A DNA stretch of 64,000 nucleotides from Deltaproteobacteria bacterium (GTDB lineage Bacteria; Myxococcota_A; Polyangia; Fen-1088), in assembly GCA_033763315.1 (NCBI GenBank), contig JANRKS010000024.1, positions 1 through 64,000 on the forward strand, read 5' to 3'. Shown in pieces: positions 19,838 through 30,423 of the stretch. Each line of letters opens with the position of its first letter. The stretch's first letter is position 1. Below the pieces are notes generated by a model. That model searched no databases. It was not told the DNA's origin and saw only the letters and a list, made by a program, of their open reading frames with translations. Made by a program: the position numbers and the translations under genes.

Positions 19838-21120
19838 GCCAGCACCTCCGCGATCGAATCTTTCGCCAGGCCATCGCCTGTGCCAACGCTTGCCAGGTTG
19901 GCCCCGCAGGCGCGCGCGGCCGTCAGCGCGGCGCGCGTGATGGGCCCCGTCGAGCGCACATGCGTGTTTCCTTTAAGCGCGCCGCTCGCACGGCCAGCGA
20001 TGATCGCCACCATATTGTCGAGCCGGTGGTCCCACGAGGTGTCTGATTGCACCAACACGGCAACGTTATCCAACAATGTGCCTGCACCTTCGGGAACATC
20101 CCGCATGGCCGCCAATAGATCGGCGAAGCGTTGCATGATGAAGGCCGCCGATTCACCGATGCGGGCGTGCTGAGGCACGTGGCCCATGTTGTGATGGCTG
20201 TCAGGCATGTTGGGGTACTTAACGAACGCGTTTGGCTTTGTGAATTCAAACGCAAACACGCGCGTTTTGTTGCACGCCAGAGCCGCGGCCAAGAGCTTCG
20301 CCATGTCCTTCGATCTGGCTTCAATGCCTTCACCCGTTAAAGCCATCTTCGTGGCGCAGATCGCTGGCGTTGTGCCCGCCGGCACTTTGTTGATGCTGCG
20401 TTCAACGTCGGCCAAACCAGATAGATATGAATCGAGGAGGATCTTGTCGTGTTGGCCCAAGGTCTTGGCAAGTTGGTTGGCGTCCTCACGAACCGCGGAT
20501 AGATAAGACAAGCGCAGCGGTGCCTCATCAACCGCGGGCACACTGGGCTTCGTGTCGCCGAACAGGCGCGCCATAATTTTGGCGGGATCAAACTCAGCGG
20601 GGTTGGGTTGATCCGGCCCGCGATGCGAGATGTTTTCCCAGCCCGTGCCCTTCTCAGCCGTTAATCCGGGCGAAACCCCCACCTGCAAAGACGAAATCTC
20701 AGCGCCTTTGAGTGCCTGCGACACAAGATGATCGATCGAGGGTCCACCGAAAGCGCCGTTGTTGGGCTTCCAGCCCGATAGGCCCCCCGCCGTGCCCATG
20801 ATGTGTCGGTTGGTGGAATAGTCACCGAAGCTTGGCCCTTGCAAGCCTGAGATCATGGTCAAGTGGCTCTTGAACGAGGCAAGCGGCGCCAAGGGCGGAG
20901 GCAAGGCCAAGGCACCGGTGGACGCTGGCGCCCAACCATCGTTGAGTCCGCCGGCAAAGAACCAAACGCCATAGCGCGTCGGCAGAGCCTCGCCGCTGGC
21001 GAACGCCGTACCGTGCCGGTTGCACATGGCATCTAGCACCGGCAACCCCAGCGCCACAGCGCCTCCATGTTTCGCAATGCCACGCAGCATCGCACGCCGG
21101 CTTAAAGAACTGCCCGTCAT
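19834..21120 (-). CDS. DUF1552 domain protein (Tat signal)
   Basis: LSRRAMLRG Tat-like motif, LPVLDAM, PSIDH, ACNKTRV, HHNMGH, EGAGTLLDN. Canonical partner of DUF1592 proteins. Confidence 0.88.
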   Translation of the reverse strand: MTGSSLSRRAMLRGIAKHGGAVALGLPVLDAMCNRHGTAFASGEALPTRYGVWFFAGGLNDGWAPASTGALALPPPLAPLASFKSHLTMISGLQGPSFGDYSTNRHIMGTAGGLSGWKPNNGAFGGPSIDHLVSQALKGAEISSLQVGVSPGLTAEKGTGWENISHRGPDQPNPAEFDPAKIMARLFGDTKPSVPAVDEAPLRLSYLSAVREDANQLAKTLGQHDKILLDSYLSGLADVERSINKVPAGTTPAICATKMALTGEGIEARSKDMAKLLAAALACNKTRVFAFEFTKPNAFVKYPNMPDSHHNMGHVPQHARIGESAAFIMQRFADLLAAMRDVPEGAGTLLDNVAVLVQSDTSWDHRLDNMVAIIAGRASGALKGNTHVRSTGPITRAALTAARACGANLASVGTGDGLAKDSIAEVLA

Positions 21121-21220
21121 AAAGGGAGTAGGACGCAGCCACTGCCCATCGCAGCTCAAATATATTTTTTGGAGGCCGCGCTGTGCCAGCCGAGCGCCTA
21201 GCCGTTCCTCGAAGCTGTGG

Positions 21221-24200
21221 TCAGCGAAGAGGCCCTGGGTACCGTAAATCCAGGGTTAGCGGGAAGCGTGGGTTTGGCTCGGCCGGTGGTTCCGCCATCG
21301 GCCCGGGGGTGTGCCCCATGGCGAAGAAGCGGTTGACGCGTCGGCTTTGAGCCTCAAGCCCATTGGCGGGAAATCGGTCATAGTTGCGACCGCCAGGGTG
21401 AGCCACGTGATACGTGCATCCGCCCACGGAGCGTTGCGACCACGTATCAAGCACATCAAAGGTCAGCGGCGTGTGGATGTTGATGGTGGGGTGCAAGGCA
21501 GCCGCAGGACCCCACGCCTTATATCGAACGCCCGCGACGTATTCGCCGTTGGTGCCCGTGGGCGTGAGCGGAACGCGACGCCCATTACACAACACGACGT
21601 GTCGCGGGTCGGTCATGTTGCGCACCTTCACTTCCACACGCTCGACCGACGAATCCACATAGCGAACGGCGCCGCCGCCGCCTGCCTCTTCGCCAAGCAC
21701 ATGCCACGGCTCAATGGCCTGGCGCAATTCAACTTCCACACCGCGCACATTCACGCGTCCGTAGATCGGAAAGCGAAATTCATAGTGCGGAGCAAACCAT
21801 GAGCGATCCATCTTGAAGCCCGCGTTCGACAGGTCATTCAAAATGTCATCGAAGTCTTGTGCGGCGAAATGCGGCAACATGAACTTGTCGTGCAACGACG
21901 TGCCCCAACGAACCAGCTTGCGGCGGTAGGGCTCATTCCAGAACCACGCCGTCAGCGCGCGCACCAACAACTGTTGCGCACAGCTCATGCGCGCGTCCGG
22001 CGGCATCTCAAAGGCACGCAACTCCAACAACCCCTGTCGGCCCGTGGCGCTGTCCGGGCTGTACATTTTGTCGATGCACATCTCCGTGCGGTGCGTGTTG
22101 CCCGTGACATCCGTCAAGATGTTGCGGAACAAACGATCGACGATCCAAGGCGGTGGGTTCGACGACCAATTTTCCAATTGGCCAAAGGCGATCTCAATTT
22201 CATCAAGCGTGTCATGGCGAGCTTCGTCGATGCGTGGCGCTTGGCTTGTGGGGCCAACAAACAAACCCGAGAAAAGGTACGACAGCGAAGGGTGGTTCAC
22301 CCAATACGAGACAAAGCTGCGCAGCAGATCAGGCCGACGCAGAAACGGGCTGTCCGTGGGCGTGGCGCCCCCCAAAACCAAATGGTTGCCGCCGCCCGTA
22401 CCGGTGTGCCGCCCATCCACCATGAACTTCTCTGTGCCGAGACGCGTTTGGTGGGCTTCTTCGTAAAGCGCGGATGTGTGGTCCACAACTTCGCGCCACG
22501 AAGTTGCAGGGTGAATGTTCACTTCGATGACGCCAGGATCAGGGGTGACAGAGATCTTACCTAGGCGATGATCGCTTGGCGGATGATAGCCCTCGATGCG
22601 CAGGGGCACCTTCAATGCCAGTGCCGTCTCTTCGATGTTGGTGACGAGATCTAAATACTCTTCAAGCCGCGTGGCCGGCGGCATGAATACGTGCAGCATG
22701 CCGTTGCGGGGCTCCACGCACAAAGCTGTGCGCGTGACATTTACCGCCGATTCACCGCGCGACGGCGGCACCGGGGTGGGCCTTCGGTCTCGTGGCGGCG
22801 ATGTGTCGGGCGTTTGGCGCACCCACTGCGCGCGCGGCGGCAAAGCGCTGCGTCGCTCTGTGGGATCTTGCTCGAAGTGATAAAGCATGTCGCCGGGCTT
22901 GGACCACGGCAGCGAATCAAGCGGCAAACGGAAGCCCATAGCGCTATCGCCTGGCATCAGATACATGCGTTCGGCGCGCAAAAACCATTTGCCGCTCACC
23001 CAACGAAAGCGTGTGTCGGTTTCATAAACGGCGCGCAACGGCAGCGCGTAGCCCACCACTTTTTGCAGCCCTTGATCGAACACTTGCCGCAAACGCTTGC
23101 GGTCTTCTTCGTTCTCAAGTTTGGCGTCGAAGGGATCAACGTTTGCGGGCAGGCGACGCTCGCGCCACAAGTAGTACCACGTGTCTTCGTAACCTGGGAT
23201 CGCAAAGCCTGAAGGCACAGCCAAGCGTTGCGCCAACTCGTCCACAAACAGCTTTGCCTCCTCGGGCCCTGCCTTTCCCGGCACCTTCGCATCGGCAAAC
23301 AATTCCGGATGCGTCCATACGGGCTCGCCATCTTTGCGGTAGTAGATCGAATACGCCCAGCGTGGCAGCGGTTCCCCCGGATACCATTTGCCTTGCCCAT
23401 GGTGCAAGAACGAGCCTTCGGCAAAGCGCTTTTGCAACCGGCGCAGAAGTTCGTCGCTCAGTTTCTCTTTCGCGGGCCCCATCGCGGTGGTGTTCCACTC
23501 GGCGCCTTCCATATCGTCAACCGATACGAACGTGGGCTCGCCGCCCATCGTGAGCCGCACGTCAGCCGCGTTCAATGCCGCATCCACAGCGTCGCCCGCG
23601 GTGACGATGGCCGCCCATTGTTCTTCTGTGTAGGGCTTCGTGGAGCGCGGGCGATCCTCGATGCGGTCAACGCGCATCGTGAACTTGAACTCTTCGTTTA
23701 ATTTATCGTCGTCGTGCTCGCTATCCCAACCGAAGGAGCCGAAGATGGCCGCTGCGGTCGACGGCTCTGCGGTGCAAGCAAGCGGAATGTGACCCTCGGC
23801 CGCCAACAAACCGCTTGTGGCGTCGAGGCCAATCCAGCCCGCGCCGGGCAAAAACACTTCGGCCCAGGCGTGCAAATCGGTGCAGTCTTCAGTGACACCC
23901 GCGGGGCCTTCAAGCGGCTTCTTGTCGGCCTTCAATTGAATCGAATAGCCAGAAACAAAGCGTGCGCCGAACCCCAGCTGCCGAAGCAGTTGCACCATCA
24001 ACCACGCAAAATCGCGACACGAGCCGTGGCCACGCGTAAGCGTCTCTTCCGGCGTGAACACCCCAGGCTCCATACGGATGTCGTACTTGAGCGTCTCCTG
24101 CACAAGGCGGTTCACCTCCACCAGCACATCGATGCAACGCCGCTGGGGCTTTGCGATCTCGTTTTTGACCTTACCCACCATGTCGCCAAAGCGGCCGCCC

Positions 24201-24568
24201 CACGGCTTGGTTTCACGATACGGCGCCAACTCTTTGGCCAGGGCTTCGTCGTAAGCGAACGGGTAAAACTCGGCGGCTTCGTCGATGAAGAAATCGAATG
24301 GATTTATGGTGGTCATCTCCGCCACCAGATCCACTTCCACCTTCAGCTCGCGCGTGGGCTTGTTGAACACGAACCGTGCTTGGTAATTCCCAAAGGGATC
24401 TTGCTGCCAGTTCACGAAGTGCTCGGCCGGCGTCACCTTTAGCGAATACGCCGTGATGGGGGTACGAGAATGCGGGGCGGGCCGCAGACGCACGATGTGA
24501 GGGCCCAAGAAGATGGGGCGGTCGTACTTGTAGACGGTGGAATGGTGCAGCGCGACCCGGATAGACAT
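21221..24568 (-). CDS. Transglutaminase-like protein fused to DUF2126 putative amidoligase
   Basis: LRPAPH, GSCRDFAW (Cys), DLHAWAEVFLPGAGWIGLD triad, TMGGEPTFVS, GTGGGNH, GNTHRTE, ELRAFEMPP. Confidence 0.92.
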   Translation of the reverse strand: MSIRVALHHSTVYKYDRPIFLGPHIVRLRPAPHSRTPITAYSLKVTPAEHFVNWQQDPFGNYQARFVFNKPTRELKVEVDLVAEMTTINPFDFFIDEAAEFYPFAYDEALAKELAPYRETKPWGGRFGDMVGKVKNEIAKPQRRCIDVLVEVNRLVQETLKYDIRMEPGVFTPEETLTRGHGSCRDFAWLMVQLLRQLGFGARFVSGYSIQLKADKKPLEGPAGVTEDCTDLHAWAEVFLPGAGWIGLDATSGLLAAEGHIPLACTAEPSTAAAIFGSFGWDSEHDDDKLNEEFKFTMRVDRIEDRPRSTKPYTEEQWAAIVTAGDAVDAALNAADVRLTMGGEPTFVSVDDMEGAEWNTTAMGPAKEKLSDELLRRLQKRFAEGSFLHHGQGKWYPGEPLPRWAYSIYYRKDGEPVWTHPELFADAKVPGKAGPEEAKLFVDELAQRLAVPSGFAIPGYEDTWYYLWRERRLPANVDPFDAKLENEEDRKRLRQVFDQGLQKVVGYALPLRAVYETDTRFRWVSGKWFLRAERMYLMPGDSAMGFRLPLDSLPWSKPGDMLYHFEQDPTERRSALPPRAQWVRQTPDTSPPRDRRPTPVPPSRGESAVNVTRTALCVEPRNGMLHVFMPPATRLEEYLDLVTNIEETALALKVPLRIEGYHPPSDHRLGKISVTPDPGVIEVNIHPATSWREVVDHTSALYEEAHQTRLGTEKFMVDGRHTGTGGGNHLVLGGATPTDSPFLRRPDLLRSFVSYWVNHPSLSYLFSGLFVGPTSQAPRIDEARHDTLDEIEIAFGQLENWSSNPPPWIVDRLFRNILTDVTGNTHRTEMCIDKMYSPDSATGRQGLLELRAFEMPPDARMSCAQQLLVRALTAWFWNEPYRRKLVRWGTSLHDKFMLPHFAAQDFDDILNDLSNAGFKMDRSWFAPHYEFRFPIYGRVNVRGVEVELRQAIEPWHVLGEEAGGGGAVRYVDSSVERVEVKVRNMTDPRHVVLCNGRRVPLTPTGTNGEYVAGVRYKAWGPAAALHPTINIHTPLTFDVLDTWSQRSVGGCTYHVAHPGGRNYDRFPANGLEAQSRRVNRFFAMGHTPGPMAEPPAEPNPRFPLTLDLRYPGPLR

Positions 24569-24744
24569 GATGGCTTGGGCGCCAGCATAAGCTGCGGGCT
24601 GTTAAGGTCACGTTTCGAAGGGGGTAAATCACCGTAAAATGGGTCGCGGGGGAATTTCCAGCGCCTCAACCGGCCTGGCACCCACTTTGCTGGCTAAAAG
24701 TTTGGGCCGTTTGCGAGGGCCCACAACCAGCTCAGGAGGGAACC

Positions 24745-24987
24745 ATGTTCGGCAAAAACAGCTTTTTTGGAATGGGCGGCAACCGGAAAAACGTGGGGCA
24801 CAAGGAGCGGTGGTTCTCCACCATTGCAGGGGCCGCGCTCTTGGCCACAGCCTTGTTCCGCCGGCGCAGTGGCTTTGGCGGCAAGGCGGCCGGGCTGTTC
24901 GGTGGCCTGCTGATGAAACGAGGCCTAACCGGCCGATGTGAAGTGAACCAGGCCTTGGGCCGCAACACCGCCACACGATTCGCGTAG
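24745..24987 (+). CDS. DUF2892 (YgaP-like) small membrane protein
   Basis: NVG..ER, two hydrophobic helices, GLTGRC...ALG.NT. AGGAGG RBS upstream. Confidence 0.8.
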   Translation: MFGKNSFFGMGGNRKNVGHKERWFSTIAGAALLATALFRRRSGFGGKAAGLFGGLLMKRGLTGRCEVNQALGRNTATRFA

Positions 24988-24993
24988 GCTCAA

Positions 24994-25031
24994 GAGCGGA
25001 GGCAACGCTGTGACACGCGTTGCCTCCGCTC
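24994..25031. terminator. Perfect 15-bp hairpin between convergent genes (likely bidirectional terminator)
   Basis: GAGCGGAGGCAACGC-tgtgacac-GCGTTGCCTCCGCTC. Confidence 0.7.
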
Positions 25032-25041
25032 CACAAGCCTC

Positions 25042-25251
25042 TCAGCAATACGTTTCCGGATCTTCAAGAAATTGGGCACGGCACGCAGACGAACAGAAGT
25101 ATTTCGTTTGTCCGTTATGCACCACGCTCGTGGCCGCATCGTCACGCAGCATGTGCGCCCCACAAATGGGATCCACTTCAACTTGTTGTAACAAATTACG
25201 TGGCCGAAATTCTACGCGGCCGCCGTCAAATGATTGAGATCGATTGCTCAT
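25042..25251 (-). CDS. YHS domain protein
   Basis: DPICG..M, YFCSSACRAQFLEDPETY. Confidence 0.8.
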   Translation of the reverse strand: MSNRSQSFDGGRVEFRPRNLLQQVEVDPICGAHMLRDDAATSVVHNGQTKYFCSSACRAQFLEDPETYC

Positions 25252-25336
25252 CTTCACCCTCCTGGTGCAAAGATGACGGTGCAAGCAGCATGCCCGGTAA
25301 GGCGTGATTCAACTTTAGCGACAAGGAGTGATACAC

Positions 25337-25897
25337 ATGGTGAAGCTGGCGATAGTGGTGGGCAGCACGCGTCCCGGACGCAAGGCCGACGCGGTCTCTC
25401 GGTGGGTGTTGGAAAACGCGCAAGGGCGCACGGATGCCACGTTCGAGATTGTGGACATCGCAGATTTTAACCTGCCTTTGCTCGACGAGCCGGTGCCCCC
25501 GTCGATGGGCAAGTACAGCCAGCCGCACACCAAAGCCTGGGCTGCGAAGATCGCGCAATTCGATGGCTTCGTGTTTGTAACCCCTGAGTACAACCACGCC
25601 CCTTCAGGTGCGCTGAAAAACGCGCTCGATTTCATCTATAAGGAGTGGAACAACAAAGCCGCTGGCTTCGTCGGTTACGGCAGCTTGGGCGGCAGCCGCG
25701 CGGTTGAGCAGTTGCGCTTGATCATGGCCGAACTGCAAGTGGCCACGGTGCGCGCACAGGTGGCCCTATCGCTGCACTCGGACTTCGAGCACTACACCAC
25801 GTTCAAGCCCGGCCCCCAGCACGCAGGCTCCCTCAAGACGATGCTGGATCAACTGACATCGTGGGCCACAGCGCTCAAGACTGTCCGCGCTTCTTAA
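25337..25897 (+). CDS. NADPH-dependent FMN reductase
   Basis: GSTRPGR, FVTPEYNH, LKNALD, EWNNK, GGSRAVEQLR. AAGGAG RBS. Confidence 0.92.
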   Translation: MVKLAIVVGSTRPGRKADAVSRWVLENAQGRTDATFEIVDIADFNLPLLDEPVPPSMGKYSQPHTKAWAAKIAQFDGFVFVTPEYNHAPSGALKNALDFIYKEWNNKAAGFVGYGSLGGSRAVEQLRLIMAELQVATVRAQVALSLHSDFEHYTTFKPGPQHAGSLKTMLDQLTSWATALKTVRAS

Positions 25898-25905
25898 GGG
25901 CCTGC

Positions 25906-27162
25906 CTAACGTTTGCCTAAAGCCGGAGCCACTGTCATCGATAAGATGTGCGCCCGCGTGTCGTAGGTGCCTGCGGGCCCTTCAAGTCCCGTTGTGGCTT
26001 TGGCGGGCAAGAAATACAGAAACGAATAGCCGACGTCGATCTGCGTTCGGCGCCAAGCAACGCCCACACCCATGGCCGCGGCGATGCGTGGGCCATCGGG
26101 TGCCGAGGGCGCCAGTGACTCGGGGCGCCCCGTGGTTTGCTCGTAGGTCAGGCCCGCGCGGACCTGCCATCCGGGCCGCCAACCTGAGTACTCCATGCCC
26201 GCGCGCAAGCTGGCGGCGTCGCGGCTGCGTCGGTCTATGATCACCCGCGGGGTGGTGGGGCGCTCGAACTGCACTTCCAAGCGTTCGAACACACTCCAGC
26301 GTGTGTAGTCCAATTGCAAACCGAACCGAAGATCGGGACGGGCCCACCACGCCGTACCGATCGACGCCATGTCTGGCAGCGGCAACGAGGCTTTGCCCTC
26401 CTGATCGATGAACGTCTCAGCGAGGGTTGCGCTCATCGCCTCAAACTTGGCGGGCCCGCGCAGGTGCAGTCGGCTGCGCCCGTTTTGGTTGAGACCTCGG
26501 TAAGTCGCGCCCCAATGCCAACGCCCGGGAATGGCCCTCCATAAAGCGCCGGCGTTCGCCTGCCAATTCCACGCCGAACCTTGCAAGTCGCCGCGGCTTG
26601 CTGCCTCCGAAGGCAAACCCACAACGAAGTTCACACGCCCATAAAGCGGCGCCACCCCCACGGCCAGCGACCAGCGATCAGAAAGTCTGGCGGCCACGTT
26701 GAGGTTCAACGCCAACACCGCCACATCCACAGCGATGGCCTTTTCGCGGCCTTGCCACGCCTGGGGCCAACGGACGGCATATCCATAAGGCGCCAATAAG
26801 CCGAGGCCCATGTGCCAGCGGCCATGCAGAGGCGTGGTGGCAAAAACATTAGGCACCACCTGGGCGCCACTTGAACCCTTTACTGTCGAACCTGTGTCAG
26901 GCGTAAAACGCACACCAGCGTAAGCCAAAGCCGCTGTGCCCGAAACGGCCGCCCCATTTTGAAAGGCGAGCGCGGCGGGGTTGAACCAATTCGCGGCTGG
27001 TTCGTGCGTGCTCGCGACCACCGCCGACCCCTGCGCCAAGGCGCCAGCGGATTGATCGTAAAGCACGAAGCCGGAGGCATGAGCACCGGCCGGCACGAGG
27101 CAAGCGGCGGCTACACCGCAGAACACAAGACATAGGGAAGCGCCCACCTTGCGCACAGACAT
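25906..27162 (-). CDS. FadL/OmpP1 family outer-membrane long-chain fatty-acid transporter
   Basis: Mature N-terminus SGFVLYDQSA, NPAAL motif, APYG, YTRWS, alternating beta-strand pattern. Confidence 0.85.
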   Translation of the reverse strand: MSVRKVGASLCLVFCGVAAACLVPAGAHASGFVLYDQSAGALAQGSAVVASTHEPAANWFNPAALAFQNGAAVSGTAALAYAGVRFTPDTGSTVKGSSGAQVVPNVFATTPLHGRWHMGLGLLAPYGYAVRWPQAWQGREKAIAVDVAVLALNLNVAARLSDRWSLAVGVAPLYGRVNFVVGLPSEAASRGDLQGSAWNWQANAGALWRAIPGRWHWGATYRGLNQNGRSRLHLRGPAKFEAMSATLAETFIDQEGKASLPLPDMASIGTAWWARPDLRFGLQLDYTRWSVFERLEVQFERPTTPRVIIDRRSRDAASLRAGMEYSGWRPGWQVRAGLTYEQTTGRPESLAPSAPDGPRIAAAMGVGVAWRRTQIDVGYSFLYFLPAKATTGLEGPAGTYDTRAHILSMTVAPALGKR

Positions 27163-27199
27163 TGAACCCTCCGCCACACGGCAGCTTAGCTGATGCGGC

Positions 27200-28789
27200 T
27201 TGAAACTGCTGTCTGCGCCGCGATTGTGCTACCAATGCCGTGCCGTGCCCTCCGTCCCCAAAAACATAGCCAAACCTCAAATCCGCGCGCTCGGCTGGCC
27301 TGTCTTCTTGTTGCTCGCGGTGTCTTACGTTTACGCGTTTCCCTACTTTGATCGGTTGCGGAGCGCGAACGAGATGCCGCGCTTGTTGCAAACGCAAGAG
27401 TTTGTAGACAAGGGGCATTTCTGGCTCGACGAGCGGCGCGGGGATATGACGTCGCAGTTTGATACGTCGTTTGGTCCTGACGGCAAGCAATACCCCAACA
27501 AGGCGCCGGGGCCCTCGTTTTTAGCGATGCCCGTTTATGTGGTGGCGAAGTTGTTCGGCATGAAGTCGATTGCGGCGTTCACCTGGGCGTTTCGCGTGTT
27601 TGCCGTAACGCTGCCCGCGCTGCTGTTTTTACCGTTTTTCTATCGCTTGACGTCGCGCTTTACAGACGACGAAGACGCGCGGCGGACAGCGCTGTTTGCG
27701 TACGCCTTGGGATCACCCGCGCTTGTTTATGGTGTCTTGTTCATGTCGCATCAATTGGCGGCCGTGTGTGCAGGCGCCGCTTTCGTGGCCGCCGTGCCGC
27801 TCGTGCGCGATGACGTCGAACGGCCCCAGTGGCGCGCCGCCGCGGTGGGGTTCTTTGCCGCCGCTGCCGTGATGATGGATTACCAGTCGGCGTTGGCGTC
27901 GCTGTGGGTGGGCGTCTACCTGCTGGCGTTTGCGCCCGGCCGCCTGCGCAACCTTGCGTTCGCCGCCGCGGGCGCCGCGCCGATCGTGCTGCTGTTGGCG
28001 ATCTACCATCAAGTGTGCTTTGGCTCGCCGCTGCGCACCGGGTACCACTTCTCTGTCGATCAAGTCACGCGCAAAGGCTTCATGGGCACCGTGGGTCCAA
28101 GCGCCCAATCGTTTTTCAGCACAACGTTTTTGCCTGCCAACGGATTGTTCGTTTTGGCGCCGTGGTTTCTGTTCGCCTTCGTCGGCGCCGCCGCAATTGT
28201 ATCAAGCGCCGAGCTGCGGGCGCGCGTGGGTAAAGAGGCTTTGATCTGCGCAGCGATCTTCGGCACGTATCTATTGTTTTTGAGTTCGCTCGATCCGTAC
28301 ATGGCGCGCGGTGGATGGTGTGTGGGCCCGCGTTATCTTGTGGTCTCGCTGCCGTTTGCCGCTTGGCTCGCCTGCGCGGGTTTTACCGCCACCTTCACGC
28401 GGCCGGCGCTGCGAATCGTTTCATTGGCCTCGGTTGTGGTCGGTGTGATCGTGTATGTCAGCGCGATCACCACATACCCACATTGGCCCGAACGCTTGGC
28501 AAACCCTTTGTATGAACTCGCCTTCCGGCTGCTGCGCAGCGATCGCAGCGTGCATTCATTGGGTCACCGGTTCGGCTTGCACGGGGCAACCGCCGCGCTT
28601 CCGTTGTTTGCGTTGGCGGCCGCGGCACTGGCGTGGTTGTTTTCACGCCGCAGGCAAGGCGGCTGGAAAACAGCCCTTGGCGCTTTCGCCGTGGGCGCCG
28701 CGGTGGTGGGCGCCTACAGCCTTTTCCCCGCCTCAGGGCCCTACGCCGAACAAGCGTGGAACTTTGTGATCAGCACGTGGGAGCCATAA
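27200..28789 (+). CDS. Multi-pass membrane protein, probable GT-C glycosyltransferase
   Basis: About 12 TM helices, NE..R loop after TM1, YPNKAPG, FGSPLRTGY, GGWCVGPRYLV. Confidence 0.6.
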   Translation: MKLLSAPRLCYQCRAVPSVPKNIAKPQIRALGWPVFLLLAVSYVYAFPYFDRLRSANEMPRLLQTQEFVDKGHFWLDERRGDMTSQFDTSFGPDGKQYPNKAPGPSFLAMPVYVVAKLFGMKSIAAFTWAFRVFAVTLPALLFLPFFYRLTSRFTDDEDARRTALFAYALGSPALVYGVLFMSHQLAAVCAGAAFVAAVPLVRDDVERPQWRAAAVGFFAAAAVMMDYQSALASLWVGVYLLAFAPGRLRNLAFAAAGAAPIVLLLAIYHQVCFGSPLRTGYHFSVDQVTRKGFMGTVGPSAQSFFSTTFLPANGLFVLAPWFLFAFVGAAAIVSSAELRARVGKEALICAAIFGTYLLFLSSLDPYMARGGWCVGPRYLVVSLPFAAWLACAGFTATFTRPALRIVSLASVVVGVIVYVSAITTYPHWPERLANPLYELAFRLLRSDRSVHSLGHRFGLHGATAALPLFALAAAALAWLFSRRRQGGWKTALGAFAVGAAVVGAYSLFPASGPYAEQAWNFVISTWEP

Positions 28790-28793
28790 GCGC

Positions 28794-30278
28794 TTACGCT
28801 GGCTCCGCCTGCAAGATCACTTGATAAGCGAACAACCCGGGCCAGCGGCGCGCGATCTGATATTGCACGCTGTCTAAAAGCAAGGTCGCCTTCTGCAAAG
28901 CGGGCAAGGATTCGGCCAGCTTCTCGAGCGGGATCACAGTCCAATCCTCGTGCATCACCTTGAGCCCCGCGTGCTCAATGAGCTCACGGAAGGTTTGGCG
29001 GGTGTAAAGCTTCACGTGCGTTTCGTCCAAGATGCCGCGCGGGGCGTAGCGGAACTTGCCTGTGAGCAGCGACAAGCGCATGAACCACAACGCAATGTTG
29101 CCCGTCGAAGCGATGATGCGGCCACCAAACCGCAACCACTGGCGCGAGCGGTTCAAAATGTTGGTGTTGCGCAGATGCTCAAGCACATCGGCATATAGAA
29201 TCACGTCGAAATCGTGCTCTTGCGGCGCCCACGCGTCGCTTTCAAGATCGGCCACATAAAAGCGCGTGCACGCTTGCGCAGCCGCATCCGAGTGATGAAC
29301 GTCGACGCCCACCACTTCACAGCCTTTGGCCACAAGCGCGCGCGCCAGGTGTCCGTCCGCGCACCCCACGTCCAGCACCTTCGATCCCGCAGGCACGGCG
29401 TCCACCAAGCGACGATGGCTTGAATACGTTGAATGCTTCTCCGTATACGCCGGCACGGGCGCGTGTTCGTACTCGGGTCGTCGCACCAGGCCCGCGCGGT
29501 GGGCGCGATACTCCATCACACTCTTCATCACGTCGCGCGCATATTTCATGCCGTTGACGTGGCAAATTTCATCGCCGTAGTACGTGGGAATGGCCACCTC
29601 TTTGATGCGCATATTCGCCGCTTTGAGCTGAATGATGATCTGCGTATCAAAATGAAAGTCGTTGCTGTTTTTTTGGATCGGCAACTTCTTTAACGCGGCC
29701 ACGCTGTACGCGCGGTAGCCCGAGTGAAACTCTGAGAGGTTCATCTCCAGCAAAGCGTTCTGCGCCTTGGTGAGAATCTTATTGCCCACATATTTGTAAA
29801 GCGGCATGCCACCTTGCCGGGCCGCCCCTTCTTCAAGCATGCGCGAACCAAACACAGCTTCGGCTTCACCGTTGATCAACGGCTGCAGCAACAGATCCAT
29901 GGCTTCGGGCGCGTATTGCCCGTCGCCGTGCAGCAGCACCACGAAATCAAAGTTGTTGTCGATGGCGTATTGATAGCCAAGCTTCTGGTTGCCGCCGTAG
30001 CCTTGGTTGTGGCTGTTGCGGAACACCTTCAACATAGGCATGTCGCGCGTGGCCTTATAGCCTTGGCCCACCAAAAAGGTATCGTCGCTTGAGGCGTCGT
30101 CGAACACGCAGATCTCGGTCAAGCGATGTCGCAAGTCGTGCGGGATCCGATCCAGCACCTTTGAAAGCGTTGAGGCTGCGTTGTAGGCCACGATGTGCAC
30201 CATCACCCGCGGCAAAGTGGTTTGCGTTAACGATGAAGGCACGGCAGGGCTGGTGGTTTTGGGGCGGGGAGGGGCCAT
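28794..30278 (-). CDS. GT2 (Dpm1-like polyprenol-phosphate glycosyltransferase) fused to class I SAM methyltransferase
   Basis: DDASSD, GYGGNQK, LHGDGQY, FHSGYRAY, PTYYGDE, then VLDVGCADG, DVLEHL, GILDETH. Confidence 0.88.
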   Translation of the reverse strand: MAPPRPKTTSPAVPSSLTQTTLPRVMVHIVAYNAASTLSKVLDRIPHDLRHRLTEICVFDDASSDDTFLVGQGYKATRDMPMLKVFRNSHNQGYGGNQKLGYQYAIDNNFDFVVLLHGDGQYAPEAMDLLLQPLINGEAEAVFGSRMLEEGAARQGGMPLYKYVGNKILTKAQNALLEMNLSEFHSGYRAYSVAALKKLPIQKNSNDFHFDTQIIIQLKAANMRIKEVAIPTYYGDEICHVNGMKYARDVMKSVMEYRAHRAGLVRRPEYEHAPVPAYTEKHSTYSSHRRLVDAVPAGSKVLDVGCADGHLARALVAKGCEVVGVDVHHSDAAAQACTRFYVADLESDAWAPQEHDFDVILYADVLEHLRNTNILNRSRQWLRFGGRIIASTGNIALWFMRLSLLTGKFRYAPRGILDETHVKLYTRQTFRELIEHAGLKVMHEDWTVIPLEKLAESLPALQKATLLLDSVQYQIARRWPGLFAYQVILQAEPA

Positions 30279-30423
30279 GAATCTTGAGTGACTTTAAACG
30301 ATCCGCGCTCAAAGCCCATACGCCCCGCGACCAGGAGCCTAGAAACCCGTTCAGCCGTTGTTCGGCAGCGGCCACCGCGGTTGGTAAGCTATGGAATTAA
30401 CAGGGCTTATTGCTTTTACGCGG

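Noticed and set aside
24994-25044. Selenocysteine readthrough of the YHS gene (Cys-TGA followed by a hairpin)
   Set aside because: The YHS domain ends naturally at DPETY, the extension would run into the convergent gene, and the hairpin is explained as a terminator.
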